Numbered from the stretch's first letter, positions 12,710-25,732 are shown. The stretch is 64,000 nt of DNA from Selaginella moellendorffii (GCF_000143415.4 NW_003314273.1:2014052-2078051); one strand, 5' to 3'. The notes: generated by a model not told the origin, from the letters alone. Translations and numbers: made by a program.

Positions 12710-13500
12710 AGTTAGGTGTCAAACACCATATCAGTCTGAAAGTTGGTATAGCACCTATTGCTAAAGCATTTGTCAGACTCAATCAAGAGGAGAGGCTAGT
12801 GGTGGACAAAATGGTGAATTGTGTGTTGACTATTGCCTCCTCAACAAGTCCACAATCAAGAACTTCTTTCCAATTCTGAACATGGAAGACCTCTTCAAGG
12901 AGCTGGGTTAGGTGTGTTTCTTCACCAAACTAGATTTGAGATTTGACTATTACCAAATATTGGTGGCTGACGAGGATTGCTTCAAGACAGCTTTCTAGAT
13001 AGATGTTACAGATGCCTTGGATGCAAGGGTAGGAGCTATCTTGAAACAAGGGGAGAAACTCATAGCCTTCAAGAGTAGCAAACTTAGTGACATAGAGGCT
13101 TGCCAGCTGGTTTATGAGCAAGAGATGATGGCCATAATGCATACCATTAGGAAGTGGCAGCATTATTTGGTCCCAGCTCATTTCATGCTATGAGTGGACC
13201 ACTTTAGCATAAAGTTTTTACTTGAGCAACAGAATTTGAGCAAGAAACAAAGGTAGTGGATTGAACAATTACAAAAATTGGATTTCATAATCAAGTATAA
13301 ACTTGGGAAATTCAACACTCTCTCTCAAAAGTTTGAGAAACCAGCAAAATCATACCTCAGGGCCTTGTCAGCTCATCAGCAAAACTATGTACAGCAGATC
13401 ACAGAGGGGCATAATCAGGACCCAGTACTGTCACCAATACTAGATCACTTCCAGCCTTCATATTCTGATTTCAGCTTCAAAGATGGGCAAGGGATACCCT
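12710..13500 (+). mobile_element. Degenerate Ty3/gypsy reverse transcriptase (N-terminal part) and RNase H
   Basis: VDYCLLNKSTIKNFFPI..FFTKLDLRFDYYQI..DCFKTAF, an internal deletion, then TDALDARVGAILKQ..YEQEMMAIMHTIRKWQHYL..DFIIKYKLGK, with stops. Confidence 0.9.
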
Positions 13501-14954
13501 TTGTCACCTGCTGGGAAGCCAAGAAGATATACTACCTCATGAGGACTTTATGGATCCGAGATGTAGGGGCCACACTTATCCAACGTGCAGTGGACGTTGA
13601 CAGAAACTAGAGACCTAGGAATCTCCCACAAGATAAGATACCCAACTGGAAGTCATGGCATGGAGCTGCACTATCCTTTATCTTCGGTTCCTACGCTTGT
13701 AGATAGTGTCATTGAGGACTCCAAAGAACTGGATTGACAATACAGGACAGGATGGTGGCACAGCATCATTGGATGGACAATCAGCTTTGGACATGAGATC
13801 AACCACTTGCTTGACAAGGAAAACAGATTGTGTGGATCAGAACCAAGTAGCCATGATTAGGTACCATATGTACACAGAGGAGATCAACCTAAACAAGATA
13901 CATAGTGACAATTTATAATAGGCTCTCAAATTGGAATAAACAAATATTTTATAAACAAGACATGAATATAAAGCATTTCAAAAATAGTCATCAGGCTAAA
14001 ACTTTATAAGTCATCAGATTAACAAAATTCAAAAGCTAGATCACTTAATAGGGTCAAGGGATGGTCCAAAAAGTTTGGAGGAAACATATTGTACCTAATG
14101 AAGGATTAGAAAGATTATAATATCTAAGTATGAAAATAATGAATATTTTATTAATGGTGGAAAGTGCTATATTAAACTTGTGAAAATGTGTTCACAGAAG
14201 AAAACAATTTTTGCAAAGAGTTGTATATAAACACTACAGTGCAGTGCTAACTAATAATTGACATAAGAAACAACTACTATATTTTAAAAAAGACCTAGAC
14301 AAATGGGATGATGCCACTGCACAAAGAGCCACCAACTTTACATCCAACCAAAGTCCAATGCACCGAAGGGACAGAAATAGTGACACCAACACTGCCTGAT
14401 ATACCAAGATCTGCTCTCCCCCCACATCAACTGGAACACCCACTGCTAGCCACCCCTGAATATGCAGTGCTGTTCCCTGAGACCCTCCAGGAAATAACAC
14501 CGAGACAATGAAGCAGGGACAAGTGACACCAATGGAGGAGCTGTGGAGCCATGGGAGAAAATCAACACATGAACACTAATCCACCTTACATTTTTGCTCC
14601 CGAGGAATTAAAATCATGATCACTCGATGCAAAGAACACAACTTTAAACAACATATAAATAGATACAGTTTAAAGCTACGGTTAGAGTTTACCTGAATCC
14701 ATCAGTTGGATGTAACCAGTATATGAATGAATGAATGAATTTTGTCTCGTGCTCCAATGGTACCAATTGGAGAACGGCATGGGAGTGTTGTTCAGTCATA
14801 CCTTTAAGGCAGATGTGACAAACTCAACAAGATTGCCTAAGATTGTAGATCCGTCTCTTTTCAGATTCAGCATCCCCGGAGGACAGTCTAACAAACAGAC
14901 TTGTTTCAGGTCAAGGGCCTGTTTTTCTTGCTACTTCGTTAAAACATTTAGCAA

Positions 14955-15023
14955 CTTGTAGAGCCGATCCCGGGTTCGAACCCAAGAGGGACTCCTTTTA
15001 ATTTCCTGGGGCACGGCGAACAC
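14955..15023 (+). repeat. tRNA-like/SINE-like repeat with a Pol III B-box, deleted copy of 30403-30515
   Basis: 30 bp identical to 30403-30432 (CTTGTAGAGCCGATCCCGGGTTCGAACCCA) plus downstream shared blocks. Confidence 0.7.
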
Positions 15024-15122
15024 GTGACTCTTGCGTGCTCAACGTGGATTTTGCGTCAAGCTGATCTTCACGCGTTATATGGTTTAGATTTATTTTTGGC
15101 TAGCGATTTTGACTAAAAGAGG

Positions 15123-15386
15123 CTATCTACAAGCAAAGTGGTAGACGATACACGTACTCTACTTTACCATGAAGTAAATGAGGAGGAACACGAGAAGAAA
15201 CGAGGCAACGATCGTGAACATGTTGCGGCCAGATTTTGTTTCGAAGACCTGGGACCAAAAGGTGGGATCGCAAAGTCAGTAGCAGTCGATCGAGCCAAAG
15301 AGAAGAACAAAAATCGAGTTCGCTTAGCTTACTCTTTTGAATCGATCGACTGTCCCGGAAAGCATGCCTCGCGCAGTATCCATTCC
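15123..15386 (+). repeat. Diverged repeat, inverted partner of 3375-3547
   Basis: See 3375-3547. This copy is longer; the left copy has multiple small deletions. Confidence 0.85.
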
Positions 15387-16102
15387 ACTCCCCTGTGCAA
15401 TTCTAGAGATGAGCAAAGATCTCTCTCCAGAAAGCTTACGTGCGTACCATTTGATCCAGCAGTCGAGAATGCGATTGCGCTTCTTCATGGATATCTGTTG
15501 TCAGCTGCGAGAAAGAAATCCACCAAACGGTGGTGAAAGATCGAAAAGAAAGACGCAGCTACGAGAGAAGCAAATTTGGTTCTCTAGGACCAAATTACCA
15601 AAGGGAAAAGAAAAATGGAAGAAAGAGCTCTCGATCTTACCGTCTTGAGCATCCGGACTCGATCGTGGAGGCCGTCCAGATCTCTCTCATTCTCTTGCTC
15701 ATCGATCTCGCCGCTGGCATACGAGGACGAAACATTCCTCCCGGCTTCCAGATTATCAAACAGGGAGCTCCTGTTGCCGCGATAATCCCTGCGTCACAAA
15801 CACCACAAAACCCTAGAGTCGATTGGAAAGCGTCGCATTCTCACCGCCATTGGCTCATCGCTCTAAGCGCGATCGCTCGCTCGCTCGCTAGATCCCAATT
15901 CCCTTCCCTAGGGCCACAGTAAAATTTCTCTCTAGGTTTCCATCCAGCTAGGGCTTGTGGGGGAGCGCCTTGGATTTGCGCTTAGATCTGGAAGCTCGTT
16001 CCATCGGCCAGGTCTGGATCGTGCATTGGATCCCGAATGCCGGATTCCAGGCGCTGAAATCTTCCTTGATCCACATCGCGTCGGTCGGCACAGGGATTTC
16101 GG

Positions 16103-19100
16103 ATGAGCTTCACGACTATGGAGCAGCTCAAGACGATTGGGCGGGAGCTGGCTATGGGCTCCCAGGGGGTGTGGGGATCGTCCAAGGAATTCCTGGAGCT
16201 CGTCAAGACGATTGGCGAGGCGAAATCCAAGGCCGAGGAGGAGAGGATCGTGCTGGCCGAGATTGAGAGCCTCAAGCGCCGGATCCAGGAGCCGGATGTG
16301 CCCCGGAAGAAGATGAAAGAGTATATCATGCGCCTCGTCTATGTGGAGATGCTCGGCCACGACGCTTCCTTTGGCTACATCCATGCCGTGAAGATGACCC
16401 ACGATGACAATCTCTTGCTCAAGAGATCCGGCTACTTGGCGGTCACGCTCTTTCTCAACGAGGACCATGATCTTATCATCCTCATCATCAATACCATCCA
16501 GAAGGATCTCAAGTCGGACAACTATCTCGTGTGCTGTGCCGCGCTCACTGCCGTGTGTCGGTTGATCAACGAGGAGACAATCCCCGCGGTTCTTCCCCAG
16601 ATCGTCGAGCTTCTCAACCATCAAAAGGAGCTCGTGAGGAAGAAGGCTGTCATGGCTTTGCACAGATTTTTCCAGAGGTCTCCTTCGACTGTGTCGCATC
16701 TCTTTCCAGCCTTCCAAGAGGTAAGTTGCTGGTTTTCTAGTTCCTAAGCTTCCTACTAAGTCTATTGTTTTTCCAGAGACTTTGTGATAGAGATCCCAGC
16801 GTGATGAGTGCTGTTTTGTGCGCGCTCTATGACATGATCCTCGTAAACGTGAAGCCTTTCAAGCATTTGGTAGCGAGTCTGGTCAGCATTTTGAAGCAAG
16901 CCGTGGAACACAGGCTGCCAAAGTCGTATGACTATCACCGGACTCCAGCACCTTTCGTGCAGGTAAACTGCCGCGCTCGTTTGATATCAGAGTATGCTAA
17001 GTGGGAAATCTTGCTTCACAGATTAAGTTGCTGAAAATTCTCGCTTTGCTCGGGACAGGTGACAAGGCTGCCAGCGAAAACATGTTTAATGTGCTGGGAG
17101 ATATTCTCAAGCGCTCGGATTCGACCAGCAACATTGGCAACGCGATCTTGTACGAGTGCGTCAGGACTCTGACATCAATCTACACCAATCCTCGGCTACT
17201 GCAAAATGCAGCGGAGATAACCGCAAAGTTCTTGAAGGTTTGTTGTGTCATTTCATTGCGGAGTATATACTGACATAGTTTGGTGCAGAGTGATAGCCAT
17301 AACTTGAAGTATATGGGAATTGATGCCCTGGGTCGGCTTATCAAAATTACGCCAGAGTGTGCCGAAAATCATCAACTGGCTGTCATTGACTGCTTAGAGG
17401 TAGCGTCTCTATTCCTATTTATTGAAGGATCGCCTTTCAGTGCGAACTCTTGTAGGATCCAGACGATACGTTAAAACGGAAAACGCTGGATCTATTATAC
17501 AAGATGACAAAGGCCAACAATGTCGAAGTTATTGTGGAACGCATGGTGGAGTACATCAGAAACATCAGCGATAACCACTACAAAACGGAGATTTCTTCAC
17601 GGGTTATAGAGCTGGCTGAGCGATATGCACCAAGTAACCAATGGTTTATACAGGTAATACTATATGGTTTATACTTGCACTCGTCTCTTACGGACTAAAT
17701 TCGTGTGATCGGGTGCCAGACGATGAACCAGGTTTTCGAAATTGCGGGAGACCTCGTGCCTCAGAAGGTTGCGCATGACTTAATGCGTCTCATAGCCGAA
17801 GGAGCTGGGGAGGAGGATGAAGATGCTGACAGTCACCTTAGATCATCTGCAGTATATTCATTTCATTATTTTCGAGTGTCTCGAGTTCTTAATTTGCTGT
17901 GTTACAGGTTCAAGCTTATCTACAAATACTAAAGGAACCAAAGCTTCCCTCGATACTTCTTCAGGTACGTAGAGTTTTCTTTGTGTGCTGATAAATTTTC
18001 TGAAAACGTTTAATGGGCTTCCAGGTTATCAGCTGGGTGCTAGGTGAATATGGCATTGCGGACGGCAGCCACTCAGCTGAATTCATTATAGGAAAACTAT
18101 GTGATATTGTCGCTACACGCCCTGGTGATGACAAGTTAAAGGTATACATTCTGATTGTTTGCTGCGAACGTTGACGCCGTTCACTGCTTGCAGGGTTATG
18201 TTGTTTCGGCAATTACAAAAATCTGTGCATTCGAGAAAGCCGCTGGACAGACAGTAGATCTCATTCCAGAGGTAGTGCCATTCAACGTGTACTCTTAAGA
18301 TTTGACGTCTGAAAATGTGTTGCAGTGCGTCTCGTTCATCGAGGAACTGTACGCTTCTCATTCTACCGATCTACAGCAACGCGTCTATGAATTCCACGCC
18401 GTGCTAAAGCTAGACAGAGATACCCTTGCAAGTATCTTGCCTATGGATGCCAGCTGCGAAGACATTGAGGTCATCTATGCTTTTGATGCTCGTAACTCAA
18501 AACTGATACTCTTCCTTCTGATAGGTGGACAAGGATCTCTCCTTCCTCAACTCTTTCGTCGAATCCGCCTTAGCAAATGGCTCTAGACCATATCTATCCG
18601 ACAATGAGCGCCGTGGAATGGGTGCAATGACAACCTTGGCATCCAACAATGACGCTGGTACGTCGTCTTTACTTCGTTTCCAGCCTTACGAGAAGCCAAG
18701 CATCCCGGAGCCTGCCGCAGCTCTCGTCACTGCGTCTCATTATAGCCAAGACGCGATCGACCAGCACGACATCTACTCTAGTGCAATCACGGTTTCCACG
18801 AGCTCTAAAGCTCCAGAATCTAGCAGCAACGACGGCACGAGACTCAAACTCGAGGGAGTCCAGAAAAAATGGGGTCGTCCAACGTACACTCCTGAGGCGC
18901 AGGTGCCAAAGAATCCCATCAACATATCCGACAGTGTCAAGGTAAGCAGCAGCGCAGCAGGGAAAGAGGCGTCGAGTAGAAACAGCAGCGCTCCTCCCTA
19001 CACGGAAAGAAAGCAGCCTCCGCAGGAGATCTCGGCAGAGAAGAAGAAGCTCGCAGCGTCACTCTTTGGAAGCAAAGCAGGAGACACTAAAGCCAAGCCG

Positions 19101-19451
19101 GCAGCAAAGCTACAACAGAATGGAACGTCGAAGAAAGCTCCAGCAAAGCCAACTTCGCCGCCACCTCCAGCTCCAGCTCCACCGCCTGCTGATCTACTCG
19201 ACTTGAGTGACAGTCTACCTCAGACTCCCTCGGTGGATCCGGTTGATCAGCTGGCGGATTTAATCTCGGTTGATAGCTCGGCCGCTACGTCGACCACTTC
19301 GCTCGTCGAGCAAGTTTTTGACGCTGGAAAAGTTGCGACGAAGGGGCCATCGCCGCAAGCATCGTTGCAAAAGGACGCTGTTTCACGCCAAGTGGGGGTG
19401 ACGCCGAGCGGAGGAACAAACCCGGACCTTTTCAAGGATTTGTTTGGATGA
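16103..19451 (+). CDS. AP4E: AP-4 complex subunit epsilon (about 11 exons)
   Basis: MEQLKTIGRELAMGSQG..SKEFLELVKTIGEAKSKAEE..LVYVEMLGHDASFGYIHAVK adaptin N-terminus. Plant-type C-terminus (LKLEGVQKKWGRP..NPDLFKDLFG). Canonical short introns. Confidence 0.95.
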
Positions 19452-19649
19452 GGAAAGCTCGCTCGCGTTCTCGCGTTTGGCGCGGTGGTGTGAGATTTTC
19501 TCACATCCCTCTGGATCTGTATGGTCAGTAAGATTCTAATGGAACACGAGAAGAGCAGCAGCGGAAATGCGTTTATACTTCTCTGGAGAAAAGAATTTCC
19601 ATTCCCTGCGAGTCGGGCAGTGTACAAAACTTTTTCTGTGCTGATTCTT

Positions 19650-20530
19650 CTAAAAGTTGAAAGCGTTTTGTAGCCTGGATGCCATATGACCCGTCACGAC
19701 TTGAGAAGCAAGCGACTGGATTTGCTTCTTGGCATCTGAGTTCCATCGACAGAAAAAAATGGAGTGAGTGGATGATTCGATCAAACTTTCAGTTCGAACC
19801 TCTCCGGCATTTGGTGAATCCGATGATGTTGGCGACTCCCAGCGTGAGACAAATCCCCACGATCAGTAGATAGTCGAAGTTGAACTTAATGAGCGCGACA
19901 AGGCCCAGAGCTAGCCATATCCCAGGCTGTGAAACAAAACTAAGATCTCTCCTAAAAAAATAAAGTGGAGAGAGAGATAGAAGCTTACAGCAATGTAGAG
20001 CGTCCACCAAAAGAGCCATGTATCCTTCTTGTTGAGCCTCTCCAGAGACTGAAAGGGGAAGAACCATTCAAAGCTTGTAGCAGTGAAAGAGAGAAGAAAG
20101 AAAAACTTCTTTGTGCGTACCTGTTGATCCAGCGACTCAAATCGCCACACACTCTCGCCTTGGTCATCGATCTCATTCCACCAGCGCAGCCCCACCAGGA
20201 TTCTACCGCTCACGTTCTTCACCACCCAGAAATCCAGCGCCGCCAAAAGGACGGTGACCACGAACTGGATGATGAAGCTGCTGACGAAGAAGGAGCAGAG
20301 GATGTAGAATGCGATCGCGGATCCCTGCGAGGCGAGCGAGTGAAGAGAGAGAGAGAGAGTGAGAACGGCGCGATCTAAGATGAGAATTTCGAGAGAGACC
20401 TTGAAGACGACGTGGAAGAACGCCGTGAGTGGATTCGAGTAGTTTTGCTGCGGCTGGCCCTCCTCCGCCTGCGCACAAGGCAAGGATTGAAATTCACGAC
20501 GCCGGAAGCGCGGATCTGCAAACTCACCAT
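19650..20530 (-). CDS. ECH: Golgi/TGN membrane protein TVP23 family (ECHIDNA)
   Basis: FFHVVFK..LDFWVVKNVSGRILVGLRWWNEIDDQGESVWRFE..NIIGFTKC. First coding exon is the ATG alone (20528-20530). Stop at 19650. Confidence 0.92.
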
Positions 20531-20672
20531 GGATGGAATCGCCACTCGCCGAGCTCCAGATCGTAAAACCCTAGAAGAAGGCCTGGTGACGTGGCAAAGT
20601 GCCGCGTCAGCGTCCCAGTCACGTCCGTAACGTTTCCCCTCCGTACATTACCGTACAAACGTACAAAACATT

Positions 20673-23648
20673 TTATTTTACAAAACTGGAATTTTTCCTT
20701 GCCCCGTTCGAGAGCTTGTCTTTGGCGACGTATTCGTTCGTAACGTGGAACTCTCCGCGAGAAAGCTCCGTGGAAATCTGGGAAGAACGATGAGAAAGAG
20801 AAAAGGAGAGCGAGTTCTTCGATTCATACCTTGAGTGTTAGTAGAACATTTAGCGCGGAGCACAGCTGATTCATTCGCCTCCTCCCGCGGGTCTTGAGGT
20901 AATCGTGCATGACGGGATCCACTCGAAGCGCCATTGACGGCCACCTCGTGCTCTTGCTAAAGCTGTTCTTCCGGTTGGCCTGGCAAGGAGGAAACGACGA
21001 GCGTTTGATCAGTTTTAAAGTTCTCCAGAGATGTTACCAGGATCTTTTTGACTGCTCTCTCAATCTTCGAGAGCGCCATTTCTACCGACTCGATGCGTCC
21101 AGTACCGCCGCAGCAGCTGCATGAATCAGTGACCCTCGAGGTGACGCTCGGCCGGTCCTGAAAGTTCCATAGCAAGTCAAGCACCACGAAGAGAACTGAT
21201 ACACAACAAGATTAAGTACCCGTGCTCTTGTCATTTCCATGAGTCCGAACTCTGAAATTTCCGAGATGACAACTTTAGAGCGGTCCCGCTCAATGGCCTT
21301 GCGCATTTCTTCGAAAACAAGCCTTTCGTGACCTGCAGATATACCACAATACTCGCTGCCAAACTATCGAGTCTAGAGGCTTACTTGGATCCTCCATGTC
21401 TATGAAGTCAACAACTATAATCCCACCAATATCTCGTAGCCTCAGCTCTGTCGCAATCTGCGGCTCATTCCGTATGATCAGAAAATCACAGAGATTATGA
21501 TGGTTTTTACCTTTCGAGCAGCAGCGAGATTTACTTCTAAAACTGCTTCTCGTTGAGATGTCGCATCACCGAGCATTCCCACGCCACCATTTACATCAAT
21601 AGATACGAGAGCTTCGGTTTCCTCCAACACCAAATATGCACCGTTTGGTAGTTCTACCCTGCAGGGAGAACGAAAGCGAAAGATGACCACTTTTGCAAGA
21701 AACACCAAGCACCTACCGCTTGCTAGATGATTTCTCAATTTCTGCTTCCAGGTTGAAAGCCTCGAAGATAGGCTCTTTGCCAGAGTAAAGTTCCACACGA
21801 TCACATAAGTGAGGTGCTATTTCTTGGAGGTAAGCTGTAACCTGAAAAGAAGAAAACACAAAGAAATATAAGTTTCTTATCTACGTCCAAAAGTCGTCAC
21901 CTCTTGGTATGTTTGAGACGAATCCACGACAAACCTTTCAACCTGTAAATAATCGTTCAAAGAAAGAAGATAGTATACTGTGACAAACCTCATTGTTGAA
22001 GAGATCACGAACTGTCCTGAGCGTTTGTCCCATGGCCCTTTGTAGCAACACAGGGACCGGGTCTTTTCCACCAGCAGCAGCAGCAACCTCCGCTCTCTCC
22101 AGAATACTTCTCCACGTCTCCATGAGGCGTGCCAAATCCTTCTCGAGCTCTTCACGGCTGCGGCCAACAGCCTCAGTCCTCACAGTAAGACCAAATCCAG
22201 GAGGCTGCAGCTCTCTGGCAAGCTGCTTAAGCCGACTTCTTTCCAGCCCGTTAATCTTGCGAGTAACTCCAATGGTCGAAACTTGAGGCACCAGTACCTG
22301 CACTACATCTCCAACTTCACGCATTCATTCTCTAACAAAAAAGAGCAGGAGGCACTTACCCAGTATCGTCCCGCCAAAGCCACAGTTGCAGTAAGCTGTG
22401 GTCCTTTCTGCCGAAGAGCCTCTTTCTTCACTTGCACGACCATCAAAGTTCCTCTCTTGACTTTCCTCCATGCACCGATCTTCCGCAGAACAGTAGCCGG
22501 CTTTACGTTTGTCTTTCCATCGCTCTGTTCCATCTCCTCTCCGTTTGGATCGTCCACAGTTTCTTCAATTTCCTCTTCATTCACGTCGATAACTATCCCA
22601 TCCTTGTTTCTCAAGCCGTCCTCTTCGTTCCCCTGAGCTTTGTCACCGTAGAAGACGTGCGGGTATTGGTGCATGTTAACTTCCAGCAATGCCGTTCTGG
22701 AAGATCCAATCTCCACAAATATCCCGTTCATGCCTGGGAGGAGCTGCTTCACAACGCCGAGGTAGACATTCCCAACTTGGAAGTTCGAGTTGACAGGCTC
22801 GAGCAGTAGCTGGACGAGCTTCTTGTTCTCGACGATCGCAATTCGCTGCATCGTGCACTCGGAGGAGTTGATGAAGATCTCCACTGCTACATCGCGAGCT
22901 TCCGGAACTTCCTGGCTCTCGCTCAGGAAAATGCTCTCGAGCAGCCATGGCTCCTCCCTTGGAAACACCTTCCGCTTCGGGAAAAATCTAAAGTCCGGCC
23001 ACTTGGTCGTGGTTTCACTCGAGACACTTGCCTGATCATCTTCTCCCTTGGAAGAAAAGTCTCTGAAAGCTTCGAGTTCTGCTACAGCGATGAAAGGATC
23101 TTCCTCTCCAAAAACCTTTTGATCCGAGAGTTGCAACGCGGCCAGGAACGGGTCTTCTTCTCCAAAAGTTGGAACTCTCGAGACATGGAGAGCTCTAACT
23201 TCTGAGGGCGATGAGTCGTGTAGTGCCGGGACCTGGACAACGTAAGAGTTCTCCAAAGATCGTCCTGGCAGCACCTAGAAATTCTAGAGGAAATGAATCG
23301 AGCTTGTGAAAATCTCTACAATCACGGACGAACCTGTGAGCCATTCACTAGCGTTGGAGCTTCAGCTATGCTCGCTCTGGCCGCTCCATTCCCATGAAAC
23401 AGCCGAAGAGACGAGGAAGAAGAACTCTCGGCCCAGGGATCTTCCTCGAAGAGAACGCGCTGGTCGCCCTCGGCTCTCCTGTGCGCCCGGGGAATGTGAA
23501 GGAATTCCGCGCCTGGAATCCCGAAATGCCGATCCCTGAGATGCCTGCGCTGAGAATCCGCCACGGAATTCTTGGAGCTCAACCTGGACGAGGAAGGAAA
23601 CAGCGCTTCCGCGAGGAATGGAGCGGCGGCGTGGATTGTAGGCGCCAT
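20673..23648 (-). CDS. RNE: Chloroplast RNase E/G-like protein
   Basis: S1 region VGNVYLGVVKQLLPGMNGIFVEIG, LTVRTEA, EETEALVSIDVN, LRLRDIGGIIVVDFIDM, FGLMEMTR and the Zn-link CSCCGGTG. Ser-rich transit-peptide-like first exon. Confidence 0.93.
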
Positions 23649-23754
23649 TTCTCACCAGAGCAAGCGATTCCATCGCTCATTGTCAGCGATCCGCGAGCAG
23701 CTTATCCATATATCGACACGCATTTTTTAGGGTTTATGCTGCTAGGTTGAAGAA

Positions 23755-23805
23755 GCCACGTCATCCAAGTAGCTGACGTGGCGGACACCACGTCTGACGT
23801 GGCGA
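23755..23805. promoter_or_regulatory. Cluster of four G-box/ABRE-like ACGT elements in a bidirectional promoter
   Basis: GCCACGTCA, TGACGTGGC, CCACGTC and TGACGTGGC within the 248-bp gap between divergent ATGs. Confidence 0.6.
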
Positions 23806-23896
23806 AGGGACAACGGTCGGATCGTTTACTTGATAGTTCCGTTATACAGAGCTAGAGGCGATCGATTGATTCATTCGTTCTCTCCAGCTCGAAGCT

Positions 23897-24621
23897 ATGG
23901 CGGATTTTCGTGCCGCAATCCCAGTTCCAGGAGGAAGGATTGAGAGCTTGCAATGGCGCCGGCCAGGAATTCCTGCTAATCGACAGAAATGGAGAACGCT
24001 AGCAATGGCTCGGGACGATTCTAGCAGGAAGAAGAACGAATTTCCTCTCATTCTCGACGCGAATCTCTCCTCCAGAATGGCAGCGTTCCAATGCGCCCTA
24101 TCGTCCACTGCCGAGAACAACGAGATGACACACTGCCGCAGGAATTTCACCTCGAGCATCCAATCTCTGGTCCAACACAGCGATAGCGCGCAGAGGCACT
24201 GCCAGGCCTTCCAGGCATCGCTGGATTCGATCGAAGCTCGCCTCGCGCTGGCTCCCAGCGCCTCTGAGATTTCCAGCCTCCAGGTACCAAAGAATCCATC
24301 CCCTGCTCCACAAAATATTTCATCATCTCCCTGTTCTTGCAGACGCGCCTGGAGCGAGCATCGTCCTCCTTGCTCCCCCAATCCGGCATCGAGCAGTTGA
24401 TCCGAGAGGCCGAGCTCTTGGAATCGAGGCTCGCAGAGATTCCAAGCGCGGAAGAAATCCAGGCCCTAGACACTAGAATCCCCGAAATGCTGATGAAGAG
24501 ATCGTGGGAGAGAGTCGGCGATGGCGCCAGGAGGCTGCGGCGAGCGATGGATAGAGCTGAGATCGCGTGGCTGCGGCATCTAGAGGATGCCGCCTCGCAG
24601 CTCATCGGGAATAAATCTTAG
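23897..24621 (+). CDS. Unknown 221-aa helical protein, possibly plastid-targeted; exons 23897-24283 and 24343-24621
   Basis: An in-phase GT-AG intron (24284-24342) joins two ORFs. Arg-rich N-terminus and a two-copy internal repeat. Confidence 0.6.
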
Positions 24622-24650
24622 GGTTTATAGCGAGCATTTTTCTAGGGTTC

Positions 24651-25412
24651 ATGGAGACCTCTCTCAGATTTCGAGGCGATGAGAGGCAACTCCGGCTCCA
24701 CGCGAAGGAGAATTTCCTGCTCGACAGCTCCTTTTGCCTCCAGGCGCGCATTTAATCGATCTCTATCGCGCTCTTCTTCTCAAAATCTCTCGCTTCTTTT
24801 CTCTCGCAGGTCCACGGCTATCTCAACACGCACAACGGCAGGGCGGGATGCATCGCGCAGCTCAAGAGGAAATTCCTCCCCGAGGCATCGTCTCTCTCCT
24901 CTGCAATCGCTGGATCGATCGAATCGACTCTCTCTCTCTCAATATTTGTTTTGCAGCTTCTCACGAGCTTGGATGTGGGCGCGCGATACGACACCGATCA
25001 CAAGGAATTCACGTACGATGTGCGCGGCAAGAAGACGCTGCCTCTCACGGACAATGGATTGCTCAGCGTGGATCTCAAGGGAGGATTCAACTTTAATCCT
25101 CGATTGAAACTGGTGAGCGCGCTGGTTCTAGATCATTGTCCCTTCAATCGTCCTTCGATCGTCCAGGGAAAAGCCAGGGGAGCGATAGAGCTCAGCTACA
25201 AGGTCTTCAACTTCACGGAAGATCAAGATCTCAAGCTCAAAATCGGCTATGATCCTTTCAAACAGGCAAGAACAAACTTTTTTTCGTGTGATCGATCGAG
25301 ATTCGAGATTTCTTTTGTTCTTGCGCAGAAGCCATACTTGCAATTGAGGGAGAACAATTGGACATTCAATGCCGACATAAACGGTGCCTGGAACATCATC
25401 TACGACCTGTAA
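24651..25412 (+). CDS. OEP21: Chloroplast outer envelope pore protein 21
   Basis: METSLRF..LRLHAKE..Q/VHG..GAIELSYKVFNFTEDQDLKLKIGYD..PYLQLRENNWTFNADINGAWNIIYDL; five exons. Confidence 0.9.
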
Positions 25413-25501
25413 TTCTCGAGAGCGAGAGGGAACGAACGATTCTTTCAATCATCTCATTCATCTTAGCAGCGAAGAATGAAAGGGAAAATTTTTTAGAGGT
25501 C

Positions 25502-25732
25502 TTACTTGCGTTTCTTGGTGGCACTGGCTAGTTCTTCCTCCAATTCTTCTTCTTCCTCCTGCTCTGGATCGGCTACTTCCAGCGCGCAGTGATGCCGGAG
25601 CATGTAATCGCCCAGTAGCTGCATCGCTTTGCTCTTGAGATCCACCAGCGCCGCCGAGAGCGATGGATTACTCTCGGATTGGATCGATTGGGCCTCCGCC
25701 TCGAGCCGGAAGCTCGCCATAGCCGTCGCCAT
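25502..25732 (-). CDS. Small 76-aa protein with an acidic tail and C-terminal KKRK
   Basis: Complete intronless ORF that fills most of the gap between OEP21 and VTI1, with coding-like composition. Confidence 0.55.
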   Translation of the reverse strand: MATAMASFRLEAEAQSIQSESNPSLSAALVDLKSKAMQLLGDYMLRHHCALEVADPEQEEEEELEEELASATKKRK

